Part shown: positions 1 through 8,800 of the stretch, in pieces
Layout: each line of letters starts with the position of its first letter
How positions within the stretch are numbered: position 1 is the first letter of the stretch
Translations under genes and position numbers: made by a program
Origin: a virus
Taxonomy: Duplodnaviria; Heunggongvirae; Uroviricota; Caudoviricetes
Strand: one strand, 5' to 3'
DNA: 10,122 nucleotides
Virus record (IMG/VR): IMGVR_UViG_2711768040_000012
The notes under the pieces: generated by a model
What the model saw: only the letters and a program-made list of their open reading frames with translations
What the model was told of the DNA's origin: nothing
The model's database searches: none

Positions 1-234
1 ATGAAATCAAAAGACACCCTAAAGTGGTTCCCTGCGCAGCTTCCTGAAGTAAGAATTATCCTAGGGGATGCTGTAGTGGAAGTAGCAAAACAGGGAAGAC
101 CTATCAATACCAGAACATTGCTTGATTACATTGAAGGAAACATAAAGAAAAAATCATGGCTGGATAACAAAGAATTATTACAAACAGCGATATCAGTTCT
201 TAAAGACAACCAAAATTTAAATGGTAAAATGTAA
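1..234 (+). CDS. ynaE: YnaE/YdfK-family small prophage protein (cold-shock-inducible family), 77 aa
   Basis: Complete ORF, ATG at 1-3 and TAA at 232-234. Translation MKSKDTLKWFPAQLPEVRIILGDAVVEVAKQGRPINTRTLLDYIEGNIKKKSWLDNKELLQTAISVLKDNQNLNGKM is recognised from memory as the 77-aa YnaE (Rac) / YdfK (Qin) protein that sits upstream of pin in E. coli K-12 prophages. The ynaE versus ydfK assignment is uncertain. Confidence 0.8.
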   Translation: MKSKDTLKWFPAQLPEVRIILGDAVVEVAKQGRPINTRTLLDYIEGNIKKKSWLDNKELLQTAISVLKDNQNLNGKM

Positions 235-550
235 TATAATAAACTTACTTTTTTATCATTTTTCCACTTTAACAACATTTTGCTCCACTTTTCCACGACC
301 AAACAACTTGAAATCTGGTTAAAATAACACGCAACACTATTCTTCTTCCTTGAGTCCGCCCGGAACTCGAAAAACAAACCGAGTTAAAGCCATTTTTCAC
401 AAAATCGATTTTGGGTCTCACCAAAATTACGGGGTTGCATACGCATTCGTTTATTTTCGAACGTGTACATACAAATATGCACAAAAATAATCATAATTAT
501 TTTCTGAGATGCATTATGATATGAACACCAATTTCGTATAGAGTCTCACT
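235..550 (+). promoter_or_regulatory. AT-rich intergenic region upstream of pin, presumed to hold the pin promoter/operator
   Basis: 316-bp non-coding, AT-rich spacer between two same-strand genes. Contains direct repeats of TTTCCAC/TCCACTTT (261-296) and an imperfect palindrome TGTACATA-caaa-TATGCACA (464-483) about 70 bp upstream of the pin ATG. No clean sigma70 -35/-10 pair could be assigned by eye. Confidence 0.3.
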
Positions 551-1141
551 ATGTCTCAAATTTTTGCTTACTGTCGGATATCAACGCTGGATCAGACCAC
601 CGAAAATCAACGCCGGGAAATCGAAAGTGCAGGTTTTAAAATCAAACCTCAGCAAATAATCGAAGAACACATTAGCGGCTCAGCAGCAACCAGTGAGCGT
701 CCTGGTTTTAACCGGTTGCTTGCTCGCCTGAAATGTGGTGATCAATTGATTGTGACAAAACTGGATCGCCTTGGTTGTAATGCAATGGATATCAGGAAAA
801 CAGTGGAACAACTGACCGAAACAGGTATCAGAGTGCATTGCTTAGCATTGGGGGGCATTGACCTGACCAGTCCAACAGGAAAAATGATGATGCAAGTAAT
901 TTCAGCAGTCGCTGAATTTGAACGAGACCTTTTACTTGAACGCACTCATTCCGGGATAGTAAGAGCCCGCGGCGCAGGGAAACGTTTTGGTCGACCACCT
1001 GTGTTAAATGAAGAACAGAAACAGGCGGTATTCGAACGAATTAAGTCAGGTGTAAGTATAAGTGCCATTGCCCGGGAATTCAAAACCTCGCGGCAAACCA
1101 TTTTAAGAGCCAAAGCAAAACTTCAGACACCTGACATATAA
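551..1141 (+). CDS. pinR: Serine recombinase, Pin/Gin/Hin/Cin-family DNA invertase, 196 aa
   Basis: Complete ORF, ATG 551 to TAA 1139-1141. N-terminal resolvase/invertase catalytic motif ([12 protein letters not shown], presumptive catalytic Ser11) and C-terminal helix-turn-helix ([21 protein letters not shown]). Recognised as essentially the Rac/Qin prophage invertase PinR/PinQ of E. coli K-12. Confidence 0.95.
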   Translation: MSQIFAYCRISTLDQTTENQRREIESAGFKIKPQQIIEEHISGSAATSERPGFNRLLARLKCGDQLIVTKLDRLGCNAMDIRKTVEQLTETGIRVHCLALGGIDLTSPTGKMMMQVISAVAEFERDLLLERTHSGIVRARGAGKRFGRPPVLNEEQKQAVFERIKSGVSISAIAREFKTSRQTILRAKAKLQTPDI

Positions 1142-1238
1142 AAAATAATCTCGGTGTGAGATGCTTTACGTCTTCCAAGCCCCCTTCCTTGCCGTAAATG
1201 GAAAGATACATCTAATTATAGAATTTATATGTTTTACC

Positions 1239-1814
1239 CTACGGCAGTGCTGGCCATTCAATATCCTGTGCAGTTGACGTATCAACACGGTTCAGCAATA
1301 CCCGATACTTTTTCCATGCTTCCAGCAACGAGATTTCTTCCTCCGTTGCAATTTCCAGATCTGCAGCATCCTGAAGCGGCGCAATATGCTCGCTGGCTAC
1401 CTGCATCAGGCTGTTTTTTGTTTCTTCCGCCTCCCGGATCCGGAACAGTTTTTCTGCTTCCGTATCCTTCACCCAGGCTGTGCCGTTCCACTTCTGATAT
1501 TCCCCTCCCGGCGATAACCAGGTAACATTTTCCGGTAACGGACCGAGTTCAGAAATAAATAACGCGTCGCCGGAAGCCACGTCATAGACGGTTTTTCCCC
1601 GATGATCTTCAACGAGATGCCACGATGCCTCATCACTGTTGAAAACAGCCACGAAGCCAGCAGGAATATCTGGTGGTGCAATATCGGTACTGTTTGCTGG
1701 CAGACCTGTATGAGGCGGAATATATGCGTCACCTTCACCAATAAATTCATTAGTTCCGGCCAGCAGATTATAAATTTTTATGGTCCGTGGTTGTTCACTC
1801 ATTCTGAATGCCAT
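1239..1814 (-). CDS. tfa: Tail fibre assembly protein Tfa, 191 aa
   Basis: Complete minus-strand ORF, ATG at 1812-1814 and TAG at 1239-1241. Translation [24 protein letters not shown]...DIEWPALP is recognised as the TfaR/TfaQ/lambda Tfa family. Its ATG overlaps the stf stop by one base (TAATG), suggesting translational coupling. Confidence 0.92.
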   Translation of the reverse strand: MAFRMSEQPRTIKIYNLLAGTNEFIGEGDAYIPPHTGLPANSTDIAPPDIPAGFVAVFNSDEASWHLVEDHRGKTVYDVASGDALFISELGPLPENVTWLSPGGEYQKWNGTAWVKDTEAEKLFRIREAEETKNSLMQVASEHIAPLQDAADLEIATEEEISLLEAWKKYRVLLNRVDTSTAQDIEWPALP

Positions 1815-4800
1815 TATGCAAGCCTCACAATATAGTTAAATGCGATGTTTTTGACGGTGTTTTCCGCGTTACCAGCAGCGTTAACGGTGATGGTGTGTCC
1901 ATGTGAACCAATCGCAACGGAGTGCGTATGAGCACCAATACCGACAGTATGCGCGTGTGCACCTGCAGATGCTGCTGTGCCGGACAGTGAATGGCTATGA
2001 TTACCATCTGTACTGGTATTCGCTAACCACCCCGTAGACATACCTACTGAGCCTTGTACACCCCAGGTATTTTGACCTGAGCTTGTATAACCATATTGAT
2101 AAGTATCTTTAAAAACACTGGGGTTAAATCGACGGCCATCTCTATGGCTGTGATTACCAGCTGCATTCGTGCTGCCACTTAAACTATGGGTATGCGCACC
2201 AGTGTTATTCGTGGATTTAGTGCCGTAATCAAACGACGATGTGGTTTTCGTCCCCAAATCCGTACTGGATACGCTGGCGCTGTGGGTGTGTGATTTAATG
2301 CCGTCCTGTTCCTGAGACAATACGGCCCGACCACTGGCGGGCTTGCCCTTAATCGTCCAGCCACGCATATCAGGGATCACGCCTGACGGATAAGCGGCTG
2401 CAAGTTTCGGGTATGCAGATTTGTCAAAAGTCTGCCCCTGCATCAGGGCATAACCAGACGGAACGGTATCTGATGGCCACGGGATTGGTGCGCCGACTGG
2501 GTAGCTTTCTGGTGGAAGATTTTTCGAGGTATAAACTTCTGCCCAGTCTTCCTCAAAACCATAGCCATCTCTTGAGGAACGGTAGAACAGACCTCCATTT
2601 CTGTAATGTGCCTTCATCTGCAAGGTCCGGCAACTTCCGACTCCGGTATAGAAGTTAACCAGAATATAGGTGTCGCCAGAGCGGGTGACATTGTAAGCGC
2701 CTGATTCGGCATTCCAGGGAACGCCACCATCCGCATCGGCATATGTATCCGTTGCCCTTCTGGCAAAAGCAGCCACATGCGCGGCGGTTAAAGTAATATC
2801 TTTGGAACCATCAAACTCAACACCAGAAACCCGTCTTGGCGTTTGCAGCTTTGTTGCTGTTAATGCATTACCGTTCAGACTTGCGGACAGTTTGGTTCCA
2901 ATAACCAGTTCGCCGGTTGCGTTATCAATAGCAAACGGTCTTAATGTATTCCAGCCACCATAAACATCACCTTGATTGGTAAGCAGCAGGTAAGTTTTAG
3001 CGCCATCATTACGCCATAATGCCCCATACTCCCCACCTATCATTCGAATCTGATTACCACCACACGCTACAATTTCGTCTGTGGCAAAAAGTTTTTTGCA
3101 CGACAAGTTATCGTTAACGATTAACGAATGAGACTCATAAAAACCACGCCCACTCTTAAAATCAAGGATAACGTCCGCCGCGATACATTCAGTCGCCGGA
3201 TTTGTTGCCCCAAACTTATAGGTCGTATCATTAACAACGAGATCAGCACCAGGTGCGGATATTGACAGGCCATCTTCGATAAACGCAAAAACAGGGAAAG
3301 CAGCGCCATCAACATAGAACACAGAGCGCAAATCATCGCCCTTATTACTCATCATTATTGAGTGGATGGCTCGTTCATTGTTTTGATATTGCCAGAACAT
3401 TCCATAAGCATAACGCCCCCTGTCAGTCCAGCCACCAGGCATAACAAATCCGTTAAACTCGCAGTTATTCATCGGATCGCCTGCGGTTCGCGTTGCCGTG
3501 GTGATAATGACCCTTGATGCCAGTTCGCTTACTGAGCCAGCAGAACGCATAACAACAACAGGGTAATATTTTCCAGATGTTGCACCTGCAGGAGCGTTAA
3601 CCCGCACATAACGCATACCACGCTTATCAGCAAAGTCTGTTTTACTGACCGCGTTAATGTTGTTCAGGAAGCGTCCCTTATCGGGTATATCAGCGCCGTT
3701 CTGGTCTTTCTGCAGACGTTTCTCTGCATTGTCATAGGCTGATTTTACTGCCTTTGGCGTTGCCGCCAGCGTTTCAGACGTCCTCAAGCGCCACGGCGGA
3801 TGCAATATCCTCTGCCCGTTTTGCCGCTGTCTCGGCGCGCGTTGCCGCGGATTCCGCCGTACTTTTGCTCTGTGCTGCCGCCGTCGCACTGCCAGCTGCC
3901 TCTGTCGCCTTCGTGGATGCTGTCGTGGCGCTGACCTTCGCTGCGGACGCTTGTCTGGTCGCCTCATCTTTTGAAGCAGACGCCGATGATGCCGATGACG
4001 CCGCCGAACTGGCGGACGATGCGGCAGCCGTTTTTGAGGATTCTGCGCTGGTTTCCGACGCTTTCGCGTTCGTCTCGGATGTCTTCGCTGCGGAAGCAGA
4101 CCTCGCTGCTGCGCTGGCCTGTTCAGTGGCTTCGCCAGCCTTCGTTGTGGCTGTTGAAGCAGACGATGCGGCACTTTCTGCCGATTTTCCGGCGGCGGTG
4201 GCACTGGCTGAGGCCTGCCCGGCACTTGTTGACGCGGCACTGGCAGACGACGCAGCCGCTGTTTTTGAGCCTGCCGCAGCCGAGGCGCTCTGTCCCGCTG
4301 CCGTTTCAGAAGACCTGGCGTTTGTCTCAGACGTCTTTGCCGCCTTCGCGGAATTGCCTGCCGCCGTTGCCGAGGAAGCGGCACTACTGGCGCTTGATGA
4401 TGCGTTCGTTTCTGATGATTTCGCTGCCTCTTTTGAGGCCGCCGCATCCCGGGCTGAGGTGGCTGCTTCTGACGCCTTCGTGGTCGCGGCGGATGCAGAA
4501 GTGGCTGCTGATTGTTGTGACGCTGCCGCATTCGTTTCTGACGTTTTCGCCGCAGCGGCACTGGTAGCTGCCGCGCTTTTTGAGGACTCTGCAGCAGCAG
4601 CACTTTTCGATGCTTCACTGGCCTTTGTTGATGCCGTTCCTGCGCTGGAAGATGCTGACTGAGCCGACGACGCGGCCTGTCCGGCTGACGTGCTGGCTGC
4701 GCGTGCTGAGCCTGCAGCATCAGTCGCATGGGTTGCCGCCTCACGGGCTGATGTGCCGGCATCGCCGGCTGACTTCTTCGCGGCTGCCGTGTTCTGTGCC

Positions 4801-5159
4801 ACCGCGGACGCGTTACGCGCCACCTCTTCCACCATCAGTTCAAAACGGCGCAGTGCCTCAGGACGGGCATCATCCTCCGTCATGGCACCGAGAAAATCAT
4901 TCAGCGTACCGGGTCGGGAATCTTCATACACGGTGATGGTCCCGGCATGTGACGGCGGGAATCCCTCCACCAACAGAATAACGCTGTACTGCCCGTACTC
5001 AACGTCCATGCTGTAACGCCCGGCTTCATCCGGATTTTCTGAGGCCAGCGTGTTCACCACCACCGTGGTGCTGTTACGTTTTGCTTTCAGCTGGATTGTG
5101 CAGTTCTGTACCGGTTTTCCTGTGCCGTCTTTCAGTACACCTGAAATCTTTACTGCCAT
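1814..5159 (-). pseudogene. stf: Side tail fibre protein Stf, disrupted by a frameshift near 3774-3782 (N-terminal fragment 3774-5159; C-terminal homologous part about 1814-3781 in another frame)
   Basis: N-terminal frame starts at ATG 5157-5159 (MAVKISGVLKDGTGKPVQNCTIQLKA..., lambda Stf-like; the track's 5165 start is an upstream GTG) and stops at TGA 3774-3776 after ...[17 protein letters not shown] second frame carries the rest of the fibre from [23 protein letters not shown] to the C-terminal ...[18 protein letters not shown], stop TAA 1814-1816. The track's 982-aa ORF (1814-4762) is this C-terminal part fused to an Arg/Pro/Gln-rich alternative-frame read of the Ala-rich repeats. Confidence 0.8.
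3777..4830 (-). repeat. Ala/Ser/Thr-rich low-complexity tandem-repeat stalk region inside stf
   Basis: About 350 codons dominated by A, S, T, K, E with recurring units such as AAKTSETNA(R/A/K)SSET and SAASSA. The matching DNA shows degenerate direct repeats of about 27 nt, e.g. gcgttcgtctcggatgtcttcgc near 4067, gcgtttgtctcagacgtctttgc near 4318, gcattcgtttctgacgttttcgc near 4528 (plus strand). The GC-rich repeat keeps several frames open, which produces the artefactual overlapping ORFs. Confidence 0.7.
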
Positions 5160-5167
5160 ATTCACCC

Positions 5168-5200
5168 CACAAAAAAGCCCGCCTGAACCGGCGGGCTGTC
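5168..5200 (-). terminator. Rho-independent terminator downstream of lom (minus strand), immediately upstream of the stf start
   Basis: Minus-strand RNA forms an 8-bp GC-rich stem (AGCCCGCC / GGCGGGCU, loop GGUUCA) at 5176-5197, followed by UUUUUU (5171-5176), then GUGGGGUGAAU and the stf ATG. Confidence 0.6.
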
Positions 5201-5223
5201 ATAACACTGTGTTACCTGGCTAA

Positions 5224-5823
5224 TCAGAATTTATAACCGACACCCACGATGAAACCGTCAGTGCGCCAGTCACCACTGCCGGAGCCTTCATAAGCAATAT
5301 CAATGGCCACGGATTCGGTCGGGTTAAACTGCACGCCAGCCCCCCACGCCAGAGACGTGTTGCTGTGGCGACCGTCATCACTTCCGGTCAGCACATCGTG
5401 CTTTTTCCCCTTGTTGTCAGTTACGCGAAGATAATCCCCGGAGAAAGTCGACACACGGCTGTAAGCTACACCCGCCATCGCATACGCGCTGAACCATTCA
5501 TTCACGCGCACAGACGGCCCCGCCATTACGCTGAACCAGCGGTTACGAACGGAATCTTCATGCCAGCGGGTATCGCTGTAACGGGTCAGCTGGCGATTCT
5601 TGTCTCCTGCATAGCTGAATGACGTCACCAGCCCCAGTGTGTCCGTAAACTCATAACGGTATTTCACGTTAATCCCGTTCAGATCATCACTGCCGGGGAC
5701 GTTCGTCGAGGCATGAAGATACCCCGCGCTCAGCGTGGACTGATGTTCAGACGCCCATGCAGGCGCACCGGATACGGCCAGACAAATGGCTGCGGACAAA
5801 ATTGCTGCACAAACTTTACGCAT
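5224..5823 (-). CDS. lom: Lom outer-membrane protein (Ail/OmpX/PagC/Lom family), 199 aa
   Basis: Complete ORF, ATG 5821-5823 and TGA 5224-5226. N-terminal signal peptide MRKVCAAILSAAICLAVSGAPAWA and a C-terminal ...GFIVGVGYKF beta-barrel terminal motif ending in Phe. Near-identical to lambda Lom as recalled. Upstream GAGAGG Shine-Dalgarno. Confidence 0.95.
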   Translation of the reverse strand: MRKVCAAILSAAICLAVSGAPAWASEHQSTLSAGYLHASTNVPGSDDLNGINVKYRYEFTDTLGLVTSFSYAGDKNRQLTRYSDTRWHEDSVRNRWFSVMAGPSVRVNEWFSAYAMAGVAYSRVSTFSGDYLRVTDNKGKKHDVLTGSDDGRHSNTSLAWGAGVQFNPTESVAIDIAYEGSGSGDWRTDGFIVGVGYKF

Positions 5824-5844
5824 AATTACCTCTCGCTTTTCTGC

Positions 5845-5875
5845 AATAAAAAAGGCGTCATTCCTGACGCTCTTT
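5845..5875 (-). terminator. Stem-loop with flanking U-runs between J and lom, likely intrinsic terminator for J transcription (possibly bidirectional)
   Basis: Stem GCGTCA (5855-5860), loop TTCC, stem TGACGC (5865-5870). On the minus strand it is followed by UUUUUUAUU (complement of 5846-5854); on the plus strand it is followed by TCTTTATT. Confidence 0.55.
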
Positions 5876-5893
5876 ATTGGGGTTATAAATATT

Positions 5894-8800
5894 TCAACGA
5901 ATACTGATGCCGGAAGCGGCTTTTTTGGTCACAATCACCGTACAGTCGGTGATATTGCCTGCCCCCTGATTGCCTTTCTGGAAAATCTTAAACTCCAGAG
6001 TGACGCTTCCCCTGCCACTCGGCATATCAATAACTGCACTGTAACTACCGGGAATGGCCCCTTTAGTTTCTCTGGATGCGATTAATACGCCGTTTTTGCG
6101 AACTTCAAAACCATAACCCGTGTATCGCGTGCCTCCTGGGTTATTTCCGCTCCCCGGATCGTCATACGCTATACCGTTAAAAATAATGGGCGGAATAATA
6201 ATCTGGCGGTCAAAGTTATGATCATCGCTGATGGTGACTGTAACCGTACCGTTTGGTGTTTCCGTGTTACCCCACGTACCGACTTTTTTCGGGAAGGCTT
6301 TTGATACAGCTTTAACGAAATCTCCTCTGACCTGGGTCGCCTCCAGCATGCCCTTAATCGTACAGTTCTGGTTAATCGTGACATTGTTGAGCGTTCCTGA
6401 GTTCGCATTCACACTGCCACTGATATCCGCATTTTTCGCCGTCAGTCTCCCGTCTGATGTCAGGGAAAATGCCGGAGGATTACCGCCGCTGGTAATGGTG
6501 GGGGCCGTCAGGCGTTTCAGGAACACTTCATTCATGAATATCTGATCGCCCTGACCAACAAACATCGGCTTTGTGTTGCCATTCGCAGGATTAATCATCG
6601 CAATCCTGTCTGCTGCCAGCAGCACCTGACTCTGCATGCCGTCAGGGGTGTTCTCAATACCGGCACCGATACCCGCAATATAAAGGCGTCCGTCCTGCAT
6701 CTGCTGCAGCTTCACTGCCCACATGCTGTTCAGGTTATTATTTGTATCAACCTGAACCTTCTGTATCTGCTGGATCGCTGCACTCTGGTCTTCCAGTTTC
6801 TTATTGACGGTCTGTGTTATTTCATTGCTGACATCCGTTATGGACGTCCTGATTTCAGTCAGGTCAGGCGCAAGCTGACCGTTATCAATCTGCGTCCACA
6901 GCTCCTGAGCCAGATGGGTTTTCCCTATCTCGCCTTTGAAAAAATCCAGATAGCCTGATGCATCATCACTCGGCTGACCGACAGCCTCCACGAATGCCGA
7001 TTTGCCAACGGTGTTCACACTGCGAACGTAAAAATAATAATCATGGCCCGGTTTGATATTGATACTGGCGGCTATCCAGTACAGTGCCGTACCAAGATAA
7101 CGCGCGCTGGTTTCAACCTGCCTGATATCCGCAATCCGTTTTTCCGAGAACCAGAACTCAAACTGTACCGTCGGGTCATAAACCGCAAGATGCGGCGTGG
7201 CGGTTATCTGAAAATAGCCCGGCGTCAGCTCAATCCGCGACGGCGCTGCCGGTGCGGCAATCCGGAACGATACCGACGCCGGATCGCCCTGCTGCCCCCA
7301 CGCATTTACTGCCCGGACTGTCAGCCTGTAGTTCCCCAGAGCCAGTTGTGTGAAGCGGTAAGTGGTTTCCGTCGTCCGGGCCGTGCTGACCAGCCGCTCA
7401 CGGCCGTCATCCGCTGCCACGGTCAGGCGAAGCAGGAAGCTCACGCCCTTCACCACCTTCGGCGTGTCCCAGCGCGCCAGCACCTGGTATTCCCCGCTGT
7501 CTGCGGTGACTTCGGCGGTCAGGTGCTGCACCGCTGGCGGCGTGACACCATTCACCGTGCCGCTCTGGTCGCCGTCAAAGTGCGCCCCGTTATCCACGAT
7601 GGCTTCTTTTTCCGGTACATGCTGCACGGCGGTGATGGCATACGTGCCGTCGTCGTTATCACGGATACTCACGCAGCGGAACAGGCGCTGGCGCAGCGTC
7701 GGCAGCTTCAGCCCCCACACGCTGTATTCAGCAACGCCGTCAGGAACACGGCTCACTTTCACCTTCACGCCGTCGGTGACGGACTGAACCTCCACGCTGA
7801 CCGGATTGCCACTTCCGTCAACCAGGCTTATCAGCGTGGTACCGGAGGATGGCAGAGTGATTTCACGGTCGAGCGTCAGCGTCCGGGTCTGGCTGTTTAC
7901 CGCCAGCACGCGCCCGCCGGTGCTGATACCGGCATAGTCATCATCGCAGATTTCAATGACATCGCCCGGTACATGGCGAAGCCCTTCAGCACCCACGCTG
8001 AAATCCACGGTCTGCGTCTCCAGCAGTTCCGTTTTAATCAGCCACAGCCCGGCGCGGTGTGCCTGCCCCCGGCTGGTACAGCCAAAGGCATCCATCTTCG
8101 TGACATTACGACCGTAACGGGCAATGGCCTGCGTATCTTCAACAAGCTCTGTCGCCGTCTCCCAGCCGTTGTTCGGGTCAATCCAGTTCACCTCAACGGC
8201 ATTATGGCGGTCCTTCAGGGCGCTGAAACTGTAGCGGAACGGCGCGCCATCATCCGGCATCACCACATTACTGCGGTTATAGGTCCACACCTTATCCGAC
8301 GGTCGGTCCTGCACGAACGTCAGCGTCTGCCCGTTCCATACCGGCATACAGCGCATCGCAGAGCAGAAATCACTGAGCACATCCCACGCCTTGCGCTGTG
8401 TGGTCAGGTACGCATTACAGGTGATGCGCGGCTCCGTGCCGCCAAAACCGTCCGGCACCGACTGATCGCAATGCTGGCCGATGACATACAGCGCCCATTT
8501 GTCCACATCCGCCGCACCAAGACGTTTCCCCATGCCGTAGCGCGGATGGGTCAGCATATCCCACAGACACCAGGCCATGTTGTTGCTGTATGCTGGCTTA
8601 AACGTTCCGTCCCAGATACCGCTGTATTGCCGCGTCTGCGGGTTATAGTTCGACGGCACCTGCAGAATACGCCCGCGCAGATGATAATTACGGCTCACCT
8701 GCTGGCTGCCGAACTGCTCCGAGTCCACCTGCACGCCGACCAGTGCCGTGTTCGGGTAGCCCTGTTTCACATCGATGATTTCGGTGTATGACGACCAGAG

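Noticed and set aside
371-392. Possible invertase crossover (gix/hix-like) site AAAAACAAACCGAG
   Set aside because: Only one half-site-like arm is present. The other arm does not form the inverted repeat around a 2-bp core, and no partner site was found.
126-484. Minus-strand ORFs of 83 and 71 aa overlapping ynaE and the pin upstream spacer
   Set aside because: AT-rich, Phe/Lys/Cys-rich translations without ribosome-binding-site context; more likely non-coding regulatory DNA.
1142-1238. Shared bidirectional terminator between convergent pin and tfa
   Set aside because: Only weak short stems (e.g. TCTC-ggtgt-GAGA) without convincing GC-rich stem plus U-run; not annotated.
1229-1750. ORFs of 98 aa (plus strand) and 93/69 aa (minus strand, other frames) inside tfa
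   Set aside because: Fully nested within the well-supported tfa gene; no independent support.
3754-4662. 302-aa plus-strand ORF rich in Ala/Asp/Val, antisense to stf
   Set aside because: Antisense read of the low-complexity Ala/Ser repeat. It has no Shine-Dalgarno context and its composition is purely a mirror of the stf repeats.
3790-4762. N-terminal third of the 982-aa minus-strand ORF ([15 protein letters not shown]..., extremely Arg/Pro/Gln-rich)
   Set aside because: It is the +1 alternative frame of the Ala-rich stf repeat region (GCN codons read as CNG). It has no resemblance to real proteins, and the genuine fibre N-terminus is in the other frame (3774-5159).
3777-4830. Repeat array in stf considered as a possible CRISPR or other non-coding array
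   Set aside because: The repeats are degenerate, irregularly spaced and in-frame coding sequence with no spacer/repeat architecture.
3971-5016. Plus-strand ORFs of 198, 118 and 108 aa overlapping the stf N-terminal region
   Set aside because: Arg/Pro/Leu/Trp-rich translations typical of out-of-frame GC-rich coding DNA; all lie entirely inside stf.
5365-6085. Plus-strand ORFs of 85, 64 and 99 aa antisense to lom and the 3' end of J
   Set aside because: Antisense to confidently identified genes and spanning the terminator hairpin; no coding features recognisable.
7043-8791. 582-aa plus-strand ORF (and nested 141-aa ORF at 7362-7787) antisense to J
   Set aside because: Lies wholly inside the well-supported J gene on the opposite strand. 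The Arg/His/Pro-rich translation is characteristic of antisense frames in GC-rich genes, with no recognisable domain.
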